From: Amphiscolops sp. MND2022
Taxonomy: Eukaryota
DNA: 64,000 nt
Direction of reading: 5' to 3'
NCBI GenBank assembly: GCA_964187785.1
Contig: OZ076409.1
Coordinates: forward strand, 53,694,001-53,758,000
Shown here: piece by piece, positions 14,252 through 26,785 of the stretch
Layout: each line of letters opens with the position of its first letter
Numbering within the stretch: the first letter of the stretch is position 1
Program-made: the position numbers and the translations under genes
The notes under the pieces: model-generated
The model's database searches: none
The model's input: only the letters and a program-made list of their open reading frames with translations
Told to the model about the DNA's origin: nothing

Positions 14252-17200
14252 TCAAGTTTCTACCAAGTTTTTGTCAACAATTTGACATAATTGATTCAAT
14301 GATATCTTCCTGTTTGGGAAATTGACAGATATGTACCGGTTGATAGTTTGCACGAACTTTCGTCGTTTGTTTCTGGATCGGCTGTCATTTTTGGAATGGA
14401 AGCTGAAGACATTCAGTGCTTTGGCCAGAAACTCCCATATCAGCAGCTTGCAGTTCTCAATGGTACTCTCTAGTAACATCTTTGTCATTAACGATAAGAA
14501 ATGTGGGAAACATTTCTCCAGAGGCTCATCATTCTCCCGTTCCCTCTGGTAAATAGTCAACGCCGTGTCTTAAATTATGCACAAGCATTAGTTAAACTGT
14601 ATTGAACACAAAGATGGATTAAAGTCCGATTTTTTAAAAGTAATAAATCAATCCAACTGTTTTCTCAAGAAGAATGAATTTTTGATTTTTTTGTTTTTTA
14701 ACTTTTATCTCTAACAAACATCTGAAAAACAACATTATATGAAAACTGAATTTCATTTCTTTACCTGCTCGTCTTGAATATGTTGTATATTTGAAAATTT
14801 GAAATGAAATGACAGTTTCGATGCCTTCTCGATACATCGGTGCCAACTTTTGATATCAGTGAATTTTGATATAGTTGAAAACGTATTAGTGAAAAAATTA
14901 TAAATACCTAGTTCACATATGGTGATAAAATTGAATTCCACACGGCCATGCTGTCCGCGCAGGTTCTGACGATATGTATCATGCCTGCTGGCATGAGTAA
15001 TGACTCGCCGCCTGTTATTGTCACCTTAAACACTTGACTTTGGAGGTGGGCGTCACTTGGTAGGAAAACATTATATTTTGTTGTCAATGCACCAATTCTT
15101 GAAAAATTCTTGGTTTCGAACTGTTCCGGGAGTCATGAAAAACTCTTTTTTACCAGAAGAAGATGGTATAAGACGCTTGTATCTGTGTCGTCAACATGCC
15201 AAGGTGTAATGGACTCTTTTTGACCAAGGAGAACATAGCAGTTTTTCTCCAGCTCAAAGTCAAACAAATGGGACAAGGAAAGTTCTTTAATGGACTTTGG
15301 TACTGCGAAATGCAGGTTCTTCGAGAGATTAGAGTTGAGATCGAGGACATTCATTGGACCGCTCATAGCTCCGAACTCAATTGCGTTTACAAAATCATTG
15401 CCAGACAGTGTTAAACAGAGGATTTTCTGCAGCTGAAATAGACATGTGTTGGGAATGATAACGGAATGCACTTAAAGGACCTCGTCTTTTGATTTTAATA
15501 AATTAAAACTCTTAATAGTTTTTAATATTCCATTGCCATTGGTGAAATTACAATGATGAACCCAAAAACGTACACTTACAGGATTGTACATTCGGACAGA
15601 TAATTGTATATCTTCTCCGTATAAGCAATCTTCGAAAACGTTTCTCCGAGCTCCAAGTCAATGTTGGGCAATTTTATGCCATCCATATGGCCTCGAACTA
15701 AGCAGTCTTTTTTCCGCCGCAGCTTCTCCTGAATTTCGCTGCTGGTAACAGTGGTGCATCACACTCTCATCTCGGAAGCGGAATAATCTCTAATTACATT
15801 TAACAACCCATGATGCTCTGCTTCATCCACAAATGCAACCAGAGGACCTTCTGCACATCTGCTGCAGATTGAAATCTTTAGTCTTTTTCAACGTTCTCGT
15901 TAAAGTTTTTATTGAAATGATTGGTGGACGTTTTTCAGATATTTTTGATAAGTATCAGTGGAATCGCTTGGCAAGTAGTAAAATTGGTGATTACTAAATT
16001 TCGAAGTAAAACAACAGGATTTTATCGTACCTTGGGAAGCGTGCATGTCTACTTCTTCACTTTCGTCTTTTTCACCGTTCTCTCCGTAGAGGGCCTCTTC
16101 GTGGCTGTCGGAATCTGGAACAAAAAGTGTCAATACAATGATGAAATTTTCATTGAAATGATTGGTGGACGTTTTTCGGACTTTTTCGATAAGTATCAGT
16201 GGAATCGTTTGTCAAGTAGTAAAATTGGTGTTCAGTATAATTGAAATTTAAACAACAGGACTTTATCGTACCTTGGGAAGCGTGCATGTCTACTTCTTCA
16301 CTTTCGCCTTCTTAACCGTTCTCTCCCTGGAGGGCCTCTTCGCTGCTGTCATAATCGTTGCTGTCGGAGAAATTTAAGGAGTATGTTTGATTTAAGGAGT
16401 TTATCGCACCCTTAGGAAGGAACATAAAAGTCTATTTCTACTTCATTTTCGTCTTCTTCACGGTTCTCTTTCCGGAGAGCTTCTTCGTTGGTGTCGGAAT
16501 CTGAAACAAAAAATGTCAAAATCATGATACAGGTTTTGAAATGATTGGTGGTATCAGTGGAATCGTTTGGCAAGTAGCAAAATTGGTACTTAGTATGAAT
16601 GATATAAGTAAAACAACAGGATTTTTAAAATACCTTGGGGGACGTGAATGTCTACTTCTCCTTCACTTTCGTCTTCTTCACAATTCTCCCCTACGGAGCC
16701 TCTTCGTTGCTGCTGGAATCTGAAACCAACATTGTCAAAATTATGACAAAGGTATCGAATTGATAAGTGGATATTTTTTGGATAATTTCGATAAGTATCA
16801 GTGGAATCGTTTGGTAAGTAGCAAAATTGGTGTTTAGTATAATTTATATTAGTAAAAGAAGAGGATTTTTTTAGTACCTTGGGGGGGGGGAGGGAACGTG
16901 AATGTCTACTTCTCCTTCACTTTTGCTTCTTCACCGTTCTCTCCCTGCAGAGCCTTTTCGTCAATATCATGATAAAGATATTGAAATGATTGGTGGATGT
17001 TTTTTGGATAGTATCGATAAGTATCAGTGGAATTGTTTAGCAAGTAGCCAAATTGGTTTTTAGTATAATTTATATTAGTAAAAGAACAGGATTTTTTTAG
17101 TACCTTGGGGGGGGGGCGGGTAACGTGAATGTTTACTTCTCCTATACTTTTGTCTTCTTTTCTGTTCTCTCCCTGTAGAGCTTCTTCGTTGCTGCTGGAA

Positions 17201-18560
17201 TCTGAAACCAACATTGTCAAAATCATGATAAAGTTAATGAAATGATAAGTGGATGTTTTTTGGATAACTTCGATAAGTATCAGTGGAATCGTTTGGCAAG
17301 TAACAAAATTGGTATTTAGTATAATTGATATAAGTAAAACAACAGGGTTTTCCTAGTACCTTGGAGAGGGGGGGTTTGGTTTGAACGTGAATGTCTACTT
17401 CTCCTTCATTTCCGTCTTCTTCACCGTTCTCTCCCTGCAGAGCCTCTTCGTTGCTGTCAGAATCTGAAACAAAAATTGTCAATATCATGATAAAGGTATT
17501 GAAAGGATTGGTGGATGTTTTTGGATTATTTCGATATGTAGCAGTGGAATCGTTTGGCAAGTAGCAAAATTGGTGTTTAGTATAAATGATAAAAGAAAAA
17601 CAACAGGATTTTTATAGTACCTTGAGGGGGACCGTGAATGTTTACTGCTTCATTTCCGTCTTCTTCGCCGTTCTCTCCCCGCAGAGCCTCTTCGTTGCTG
17701 TCGGAATCTGAAACAAAAATTGTCAATATCGCGATAAAGTTTTGATTGAAATGATTGGTGGACGTTTTTCGAACGTTTTCAATTATTATCAGTGGACACG
17801 TTTGACAAGTAGTAAAATTGGTATTTAGTAAGATTGATATAAGTAAAATAACAGGGTTTTATTGTACTTGGGGGACCTGCCTTTCTTCTTCTCCTTCTAC
17901 ACTTTCGCATTCTTCAACGGTCTGTCCCTCTTCATTGCTGTCGGACTCTGATTCTATGTAAACTCGTCGGTACCGACGTGACATCCTTCTCTGATCTCTT
18001 CTCCTTCTCTAAGCTATTCTCGCTTGGTATTGTGGACGCTCGATCTTCTTCTTTGGCGACCCTATGATCTTCATCAGGTCTTTGATGAGATGCGAATACC
18101 CTTTCCCTTCCCGATGTCTTCTTTCCAACCACTTATACTCCCCTGGTTCGTTGTCTTTGGGCTTTGTTTGAAGAAAAACGGATTCTCCTTAGAGGTGAAA
18201 AAAATTGTACTTTTGCTTCAGGCCATGATAAGCAGAACTTTCATTGCACAATTTTTGAATGTTTTCCGTGTTGATTCCAGCAAATTTCCAGGGTACCAAC
18301 CCTCCCTGTGTAACACAAACACTTTCAGAGTGCAAGTTCTTCCGAGGGAGTGTTGAGCAGTTCCATGGTAGCTAAAGAAAGGTCATCCGTCTTTCTCACC
18401 ACATCCACAAAAACGACAAACAAAACTTGCCCGGCTGTAAATCTTTTGTACGATGCAGGTGAACTCCAGATGGTGCTCTTCGAGAGGTCTTTTCCTTGGT
18501 GCCCCGTCTTTGTACATGTGCCTCTGGCACGCAACTTTTTCGCTTAAATTTCCCTGGCAT
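14252..18560 (-). pseudogene. Multi-exon JmjC-domain (KDM2/KDM7-like) histone demethylase gene, frameshifted
   Basis: ITPWHVDDTDTSVLYHLL..GKKEFF..GESLLMPAGMIHIVRTCADSMA (HxD...H triad). Phase-1 intron 14907-14569 joins to TALTIYQRE..CFPHF. Upstream acidic repeat exons and an ATG at ~18560; the 5' extent is inferred. Confidence 0.75.
15905..17950 (-). repeat. Tandem array of ~8 units (~240-260 bp), each an acidic mini-exon plus intron
   Basis: Unit marker ttgaaatgattggtgga at ~15912, 16153, 16537, 16981, 17499, 17746, with variants between. On - each unit has ttgtttcAG|ATTCCGACAGC...CAAG|GTAC. Confidence 0.9.
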
Positions 18561-18821
18561 TCTGAAGCAAATATTTTGATTATTATTGGTGATAAATATG
18601 TTTAAAATAAATTCGACATTTGAAATTCAATTTCAGATATCTGAATATATCAAGATGATAACGCCATTTCAAACTCGGAAACGCATGGGCAATCTGAAAC
18701 TCAGAAATACATGGGCTTTTCATTGCAAACTTGGAAACGGATGGGCAAAACTTCAATTCACTTTATCATAAAATGAATTGAAGTTTTGAAGAAACTATTT
18801 ATAGGTGAAGAATAATTGAAG

Positions 18822-18920
18822 AAATAAGGAATAAAAAGCGGAGTATGAAATAATTTAAGCTAATTGGCATGATGCCAGTTAGCTTAAGTTATTTCATACT
18901 TCTGGTTTTGTCCCTTATTT
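18822..18920. repeat. ~100-bp near-perfect palindrome
   Basis: gagtatgaaataatttaagctaattggcat-g-atgccagttagcttaagttatttcatactt, centre 18871; the arms extend to aaataagg/ccttattt. Confidence 0.9.
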
Positions 18921-19276
18921 TTAACCGAAAAATGAAGTTTCGCACGTCATAGAGTAATTATCACCACAGTTGATTTTGAAAGCGTCCTTAAATGAGCTCA
19001 TCTTTATCCATATCTGAATAGCACAACCGCAAAACTATTAACAGCGTTATGTACTACTGTTTTCAATAATCATATAATTCAGTATCACAAATAAATAATT
19101 ATAATATATGTAATATATTTTTAAGAAAAACACCCTTTTTCTTCTTTTATGAAAAACCACAGTTGATTGACAAAGCGGCTTTGAATTAGTTCAAATTTTG
19201 ATGGATCAAGAAGTGGATTGAGCATTTACCAATCAATCCAAACACTCGCTAAAAAACAGTCTCATTTTACATAACG

Positions 19277-21010
19277 TTGATTCCTCCTCAACATGAGAAA
19301 GCTCCCCTTACACTGTCCTGGGGACTAGCGCGGCGGAATTTTCTGTTTGAAAGCTTTTCGACTTCATTTAAACCGAATGAAAGCAACTTCGCATACTACA
19401 AGAGTACTCCATTGGATCAATCTAGTTTCACACAACAGTTGTATGGATCACCCAGTGTGTCGTCTAAAAGTTGGCCAAGTTTCACAAAGTTGAACAATGG
19501 ATATTTTCACAAATCTTAATTATAGAGGATGTGAATTATGAAGTAAGCCCTTCAGACGTCTCGATTCTGGTACAAGCTCAACTTGCTGCAAATAAGATGA
19601 CCCCTCGGTTAATCAACACTGCAAATCAACTGAGCCACACTCCAAGTGACAGTACGTCAAATCAACTGAGTCACACTCCGAGTGACAGTACGACGAATCA
19701 AAAGTGTCACACTCTGAGTGACAGTACGACGAATCAACTGAGCCACACTCCAAATGACATCATGGCAACCCAACTGAGCCGTTCCTCCAGTGACATCGCG
19801 GCAAGTCAGCTGAGACATTCTTGCAGCGAGACCTTGGCAACCATCGAAAGGCGCCAACAGGAGATAGCGAACAAGCGGAAACCTAATCATTATGATGAGG
19901 AAAACCATGGCCCGAAAATGATGTATTCCTACGAATTATGAAAAAAAAATTGCGAGAAACTACCCCAGTGCATCTAACACTGTGCCTAACTGCTAAAGCG
20001 CGTCTCTTGTCAGATCTGTATGACATAATGACGTAATTCAATTTCGCAAAATCTTTAACCACCATTGACAAAACCATTTTATTTGGGGACCTCGGTGCTT
20101 GTTTGCTGGAATTTTCTATTCCAAAGTGTAGAGATTGCAAAATTTTGAGCATCACAACCCTTGCCGTTTTACAAATGGTCTTTCAAATTCAGCGCAATAG
20201 AAGTTCTAACTCAAGTGACTTGTTAGTTGTGCAAACTGAAGGTGAAGCTGGGTACTTGGACAGCTTCAGAATTCCTCACATTGATGGAGAAGCAATGTTA
20301 ATATATTTTGAAGCTGTACGACCGTACTTTAAGAAACCTGAAGGCATCGACCAAAAAAAGGTTCATGCAGCAGTCATCCAGTCAAGGGATACCACGATAT
20401 TACGTCATGACGGAGTCATACTTTGTCAACAGCTGGGCACGAACAAATTCGAAGAGTGAAACGTGAGAAATCGAATTGAACAGATAACGAATCAAATTTT
20501 GTTTGATGAGAATTACTTTAATCAGTTTGATAAGTATTGGTTGAGAGTAACCATAAGCAAACATCACAAGTTGAAATACTAAAAAAATCGTCGTGCCTGC
20601 ATTCGCAGTGTTCCTTTTTTTCCTTAATTATCTGCGTGTTCTAGTTTTCTGAGTTGACAAGAAACCCAACCGAACGTGAAATGGGCCGATTGGAAAAAAC
20701 TGTCAAACTAAAGACACTTTCAAAATGTTCAGCAGAAGAAGACTTTTGGTCTGAATTATACCTGATGATGGAAGTCAAAAACCACTTGAGGCCCAGCAGA
20801 CATTATGATGACAGAACTTTCATGAAAGTAGTCGGAAAAAGAATTCAAGCACTTAGGCATCAAAAAGCAGACATTAGGGCGGCCGAATTCAAGTGACACT
20901 ACCCTACAGCATTACCTGACCCTGCGAAAGAAAGAGAGAGAATAATCGATTTTGCGAACATGGTCATTTGGCCAAATTTCACCAATGTACAGAGAGTCAT
21001 GGATGTCTGG
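19277..21010 (+). pseudogene. Disrupted gene with a 36-bp coding repeat and a tyrosine-recombinase-like segment
   Basis: ORF 20103-20459: LLEFSIPKCRDCKILSIT (box I-like), VVQTEGEAG, IYFEAVRP, TTILRH (box II-like). Catalytic Tyr not found. Confidence 0.4.
19621..19825 (+). repeat. 36-bp coding minisatellite (NQLSHTPSDST x ~5-6)
   Basis: aatcaactgagccacactccaagtgacagtacg repeats inside ORF 19471-19941. Confidence 0.9.
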
Positions 21011-21089
21011 AATGTCTGGATGTATCTTCTACACTGTCGTGTGTATCAAGATGTCGACAATGTTCGCGCAAAAAGGCATTTATTCCAAA

Positions 21090-23735
21090 TCTAGAATGGA
21101 GACTTTGCAATACCCCTTTACTTCCTAATTGACTTGAAAGATAGATGCGAAAACCAATTGTGGTCAGGGGTCTGCGATGTTGTCTATGGTAAATTACCTG
21201 CCGACTACTGTGCCGACAATAGTTTTTCTATAATAAGCCCTCACCAGCCCACGTTTGTCTCAGCAAGCAAAAAAGGTTGCTGCATTATCGATTTTTGCAC
21301 CACTGAACAAATTTGCTCTTATCTGGTATGCAATGCACGAGTGATCGATGATATCAAATTTTTCTCTGGTGCTCCAGAGCAAGGTCATTGGCCTGTTCTA
21401 TTTGATATAGATATTGTGAAAAATGATACTGTGAAAAATGATAATCCAAAACGGTGTGTGCTAAACTACAAAATGGCAAATTGGGAAGAAATAAATATAC
21501 AACTGGAAGTTTTTATGGTGGAAAACATGGATAGCATGATAACGGAAGCACCTACGAAAGCTCTCCTAACTTTTATGGCCTAGTGAGAGGAGTTTGTGAA
21601 AATTCGATTTCACGGAAAACACTTTGTAATTATTCCAAACCATACTGGAGCATTAAATTGACTCACTTATCAAAAAAATTGAAAGAAGCAGGCAAAAAAT
21701 ACAGACTCCAATGTAACCTGAAAAACAAAAACATTGTTGAAGTGGCAAAAATCGATTTCAAAAAGGAAATGAAAACAAATATTACTTGTTGGACGCAAAA
21801 TGGCATCATACAATTGAATGGGGGAAACTCAAAAACATTTTTGGATATTATCCGCAAGTTCAATGGTTCAATATAGGAGTACTTCGTCACAAGGGTCAGA
21901 CACTGGAAAAAAGTTGCGATAAAGCTGCGCTCTTTCAACGTATTTCCTTCGATGGCGCACACCTTACTGGTAAACAATTTCACCACGCTTTTTATGAAAA
22001 AACAAAAGTTGAAGTGAAAGAGAAGTTAGCTCACACCGTTGGGAATTATTACAAGGAGGAGGCCAAGAATGATCTAAACAAGCGTATAACAATGACTGAA
22101 CTTAAACAAGCCACAAAAATGAAGACAAACCACAACGGCGTGAATCCTTATGGAATTCACCCTAAGCTAAGAAAGAAATTCAAATTTAACACCATTAGCA
22201 TATGTTTGCACTTGGTAAACAGTGCATTCTTCATGGGAATTTGGCCATTTGATAAAACCATATTCTCAATTTTAAAAAATCTGGCAAAACTGATTATTCT
22301 AATGCATCTTCATGGAGAACTTTTCCACTTACTTCCCATTTAGATAGATAGAAGACTAAGATCATCAGATATCCTCAACATTGATGAACAACAAATTGGT
22401 TTTCAGCCAGGCAAATCAATTTTGCACTACTTATACAAACTATATCATGATATCTTAGCAATCAAAAATTTACCAATAGCAAAAGTATATGATCTAGAGA
22501 AAGCTTTTGACTCCGTAGATCAAACTCTTTTGCTAAGTAAGTCAATAAACAGTGGCTTAAATGGTCCAATGGTAGCTACTATAAAATCTTTTTTATCGAA
22601 TCGGGAAGTCAGTATTCAAGTCAATGACTATATCGACATGTCATTTGTCGCTCTCAATGGTTTACCGCAGGGGGCTGTACTGTCACCACTTTTATTTATA
22701 TTCTATATGAAGGGCTTCCTCCAAGATGCAGACTTAACATATAAGTATGCAGATGACAGTACGTCTCTTTCAAGGAGAGAAAACCTAAGCTTATCCTTAG
22801 AAAAGGCGGAAAACTATACATACAAATGGAGGCAGGTGCTGAATAAAGACAAAAGTGAACATATTAATTTCTGAAAAGAAGTATTTCAGTCCGACTATAT
22901 ATTTGTTGAGAGAAGTAAAACACTTGGCCTATGGTTTGAACGAGATTTGAATTTCAAAACACATGCTGCCAGTATCTCCGCTCCAATGGTTATATTCTGG
23001 AAAGAAACTAGTATACTTAGAACGCAAGGATTAAATCCATTTTACGCTGTACGTATCTTTGATTTATATGTGAAACTACGTGTCACGTACTGTATGACTA
23101 TTTGGTTTCATCAATATATGACATCTCTGGACAAGATGCTGTGGAGTGTTCACATATCGATCATTGGGATAAAAAACTACCAAGTATCGAAACACGTAGT
23201 TTGTGTTTTAGGTAACATTTGGCCTCCTCTATTCTACACTAATCAAGTATTAATGTTTCTACATTCAACTGCTTGAAGTTCAGATATTCTAAACCCACGT
23301 AATTTAGCAATCATACCCCAACATAATATTATGGTGAGATTATTTTTGGTACACAAACTTTCAATTGTAAATCGTGATCCTGATGAAATTAAGGCAATAT
23401 ACATACAATATGCTAGACAATCCTCAGTCAGTACTTTTACGAAGGAGGTGGATGAGTATTGCAGGCACTTATGGCAACGAGAAAAAAATCAAGGTCCTAT
23501 GTACTCAAATTACTCAGGGCTTAAAATAAGAAGCAGCATCAAGAAAATGCTAGCACCATATCCTAGGAAAACTTCTGTCAAAACGCTACGTGTTCTACTG
23601 AATGATTTTGAAGTACGCGAAGTTCAGAAGTAATAAGAGGAAGCCGATATTTGTTTTATTGTAGAGTTGTCGATGATACTGCACTTTTCTTATTTTCCTG
23701 TGTCTCATACCAAGAACACCGAAGGAGTTTCATTA
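21090..23735 (+). pseudogene. Decayed LINE (APE endonuclease + RT + C-terminal Cys/His remnant)
   Basis: PTF..CIIDF..GHWPVLFDI, KPYWSIKL, DLEKAFDSV, GLPQGAVLSPLLFIFY, YADD, CRVVDDT..FLFSC. Confidence 0.85.
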
Positions 23736-23738
23736 AGG

Positions 23739-24125
23739 GGGCATGGTAATAAGTTCGCATAAGTTCGAATTTTAATTTCGAATGGACTAAAAGTTCGAAT
23801 TTTCCAAAAACCGGAACAGGTTCGAATCACTGTGTTCGAATTTTGAACTTAGTATAAAACGTGCCTCTGATTTTTCCCCATTTCTTCTATTGCCCCGCGG
23901 CCCCTTAGGGCTGCTCATGTTCCCATCTTGCTAAGCGATGTCGAACACGAGCAAAGACCTAGCGGGAACGGAGATTGCGAAGCGATCGTAGTGGGAGCTG
24001 GTGCTTGCGTCGGTGAGGGCGAGCGTGCATACACCGGATATGCCCCCACATTAGAGGGAGAAAGTACTGAAGATTTTGTGAGACATTTACGGAAGGTGAT
24101 ATTTTTTCTCGAAAAATCTGAATAA
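23739..24125 (+). mobile_element. Truncated MITE (gttcgaa sub-repeat type, core A)
   Basis: Near-identical to the 5' part of 26786-27288; right end lost. Confidence 0.75.
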
Positions 24126-25730
24126 TAAATGACTTTCCTCGGAAAATGTACCGAAAGCTCAAAAAAGAGAATAAAAACGCTTTTTGAAGAACTTTGCCCG
24201 GGTATCAAAGTAGAGGATTCTGAGAAATTGGAAATTTTAGGGTCGCCAATGGGCGTAAATGCTCGTCGAGTCCTGTTGAACAGCAAAATGATTGAATTGC
24301 ACAGATTCTTTGAAGTTGTAACGAAATTTAACGCCCACTATGCTTTCTACCTGTTGAAGAACTGTTTCAGTCTACCCAAACTACTGTACTTTCTTCGCAC
24401 CAGCCCTTGCTTTGAAGAGTTGGATCTCTTACTGCAATATGATTCCAGTATCCGCAAATCATTGTCCAAAATCTGTAATGTCAATTTTAATGAAAGCAGC
24501 TATACTCAGGCGATTCTCCCAGTCTCCAAAGGAGGCATAGGCATTGCATCGGCTTCCCAGATTGCTCTTCCTGCTTTTTTAGATTCAGCAACGAGCGGCA
24601 AATGTGCTCTGTCTTGTATCCTTCCGGAAGACTATGTTGATGCATCGTTTGAAAAGGCATTAAACTTGTGATGACGAAGGCGAACCTATCAGAAGCACCG
24701 TCGGACTTCATCCAAAAACATTGGACGTCTCCTTTGAGTGATGCTACTTTTGATCAACTTATAACAGACCTTGATGTGGAAAATGTCAAAAGATTGAACG
24801 CTTACCAAGACCCCTTTGGTTCCGCTTGGCTGAATGTTGTACCAAGCAAAAATCTCGGTCTGAAGTTAACAGATCAGCAACTGCGCATCTCGTTATCCCT
24901 TCGCCTCGGCGCGAAAAGTTGCGAGAAACACAGTTGCCATTGTGGTAAACTTGTCGAAGAGAACGGACATCATGGTCTTTCCTGTGCCAGAAGCGTGGGA
25001 CAAGGCACCACAAGCTTAATACTCTAGTGAAACAGGCGCTGAGTTCCATCAAAGTTCCGTCAATTGTGGAACCAAACGGACTGACCCGAACAGACGGAAA
25101 GCGCCCAGACGGAATTACCCCTGCGCCTTGGGAGGAAGGCAAGCAATTAGTTTGGGATGTTACTTGTGTCGATCTTCTTGCCCCCAGCAGAAACGAGAAC
25201 GGATCTGTTGCCAACCCAGGCACAGCCACTGAGGATGCAGAGGAATTGAAAACAGCTAAGCACGTTTGTTTGATTGACAAAGCATGCATCTTTCAACTCT
25301 TACCCTTCGAAATTCAGGGAGAAGTCAGACCTTCCACGTCCACGTTCTTGAAAAACCTGTGTAAAAATATGTGCGTGTTCAACCAGAAAAAAAAGCCGGG
25401 TCGTTTTTCATACAGAGACCAGGGTTTGCAAAAACTTGGTTTAACGACGAATTGGTATTTGTATATTTGGTCTAGCAGTTAATTGTATTTGGAATTGGTC
25501 CAAAAATAAGAATTGTATTTGTATTTGCTATTTGGGCAATTACTTGATTTGCTATTTGAAAACCCTGGCAGAGACTCTCTCTCGCAATCCAGGCAGGCAA
25601 TGCGGCCAGTGTAGGTGGAACGGTTCGGGACGAAGACCACTTAAGCGAACTTCACTACTTGTAAATCTGTGTTCAATGAACGTTTTGTTTAATCAAGAAA
25701 TTTATGTGTTCAATGCTTCATAATCGTTAC
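24126..25730 (+). pseudogene. CRE-like non-LTR retrotransposon 3' portion (RT tail, CCHC, RLE endonuclease)
   Basis: FSLPKLLYFLRTS, LPVSKGGIGI, CHCG..HHGLSC, EPNGLTRTDGKRPDG..WDVTCVD, QRLSLAIQAGNAASV (after removing the 25420-25567 insertion). Confidence 0.85.
25420..25567. mobile_element. hAT-type MITE, 148 bp
   Basis: TIR cagggttt/aaaccctg; 8-bp TSD acagagac/gcagagac; interrupts the CRE frame. Confidence 0.85.
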
Positions 25731-26164
25731 CTTTTCACGAGCCTCATTGAGTTTCTGAATTGAAATGTCCTCGATCCATTGAACTCTCAGGTTGCAAGAT
25801 CTCGTTTCTCAAATCTTTTTGTTTTCTATCTTGGATGGAGTTTTTTTTCTGTCGCCCGGGCTGGGGGCACATGATGAATAAAGAAGCGTTTTTTTAAAAC
25901 GCTGATTGATGACGACGATCCAATTCTGATATAAAATGATTTGAGATCTGACTATTTTTTGAAATCAAGGGAAGGAAAGAAATAATGATGAAAAATTGGT
26001 ATTTAATGTTTTTTTTTGTGTTGATTGCCTCAATTTCATCTGCTGGAGGATTTTTTCTTTTCACGTTTGACAATATTTTTCAATGCTTAATGGTTATCTG
26101 TGTTGATTGCATTATTCTTCAGATTTCGGAATAAATTTTGACTCGAAATGGCTTTTTTAAATAG

Positions 26165-26644
26165 TTTTTTCAGGTCTTATTCCGTCTTTTAGGCATTTGT
26201 TCTGTTTTTTAGGGGTGACTGTAAATAGGTCGAATTTTTCTGGTCGAAAGGACAGAGGTCGAACTTTTTGATCGAATTGCAGGGATCGAATGGAATGCGG
26301 TCGAATTTTTTTTGTATTTGTTGTATGGCTCGGTCGCTTCGCTCCCTTCGCCAAGTAGCAACATTGAGGCATGGCCATATGGCACGTCGCTTCACTTCGC
26401 TCCTGCATTCAGGGCACTAGGGGTATGTGAACATATCTGACTACGTTATAAAAATTTCGGTCCGAGTTGTTTTAATCCCGTTCAAAAATTTGGTATGTCG
26501 ACCTGAGGACTAACTCTGATTTTCGATCCCGTTCCTTCGACCTATTTCCGCCCACCCGTTTTTTTAGGTCATTTTAGGCCTAATTCCTGTTTTTTAAGGT
26601 CTTATTCCACTACTTTTGAGTTTTAGGTCTTATTCCCGGTCACC
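26165..26644. mobile_element. MITE-like element with core B and ggtcttattcc sub-repeats
   Basis: Core 26220-26560 matches 28550-28762 plus 35709-35850. Left end unclear. Confidence 0.6.
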
Positions 26645-26785
26645 GAAGTAAGTTCAATATGTTGATAATGCCTGTCAAACTTTATTCAAATTTTTACAAG
26701 GTTCTTTGGGTTCTTTAGGCGAGAGCAGTGAAATTTTCATCACACGTCTCTGTAAAATGCTCTGTCGTTCGCACGACGATCAACA

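Noticed and set aside
15780..15880. PHD finger upstream of the JmjC domain
   Set aside because: Only one CxxC (CSRC) is visible; the C4HC3 pattern cannot be completed.
19961..19985. Right TIR partner (taccccagtg / cactgtg) for the 7081 terminus
   Set aside because: The match is short and lies inside the YR-like coding region; no TSD.
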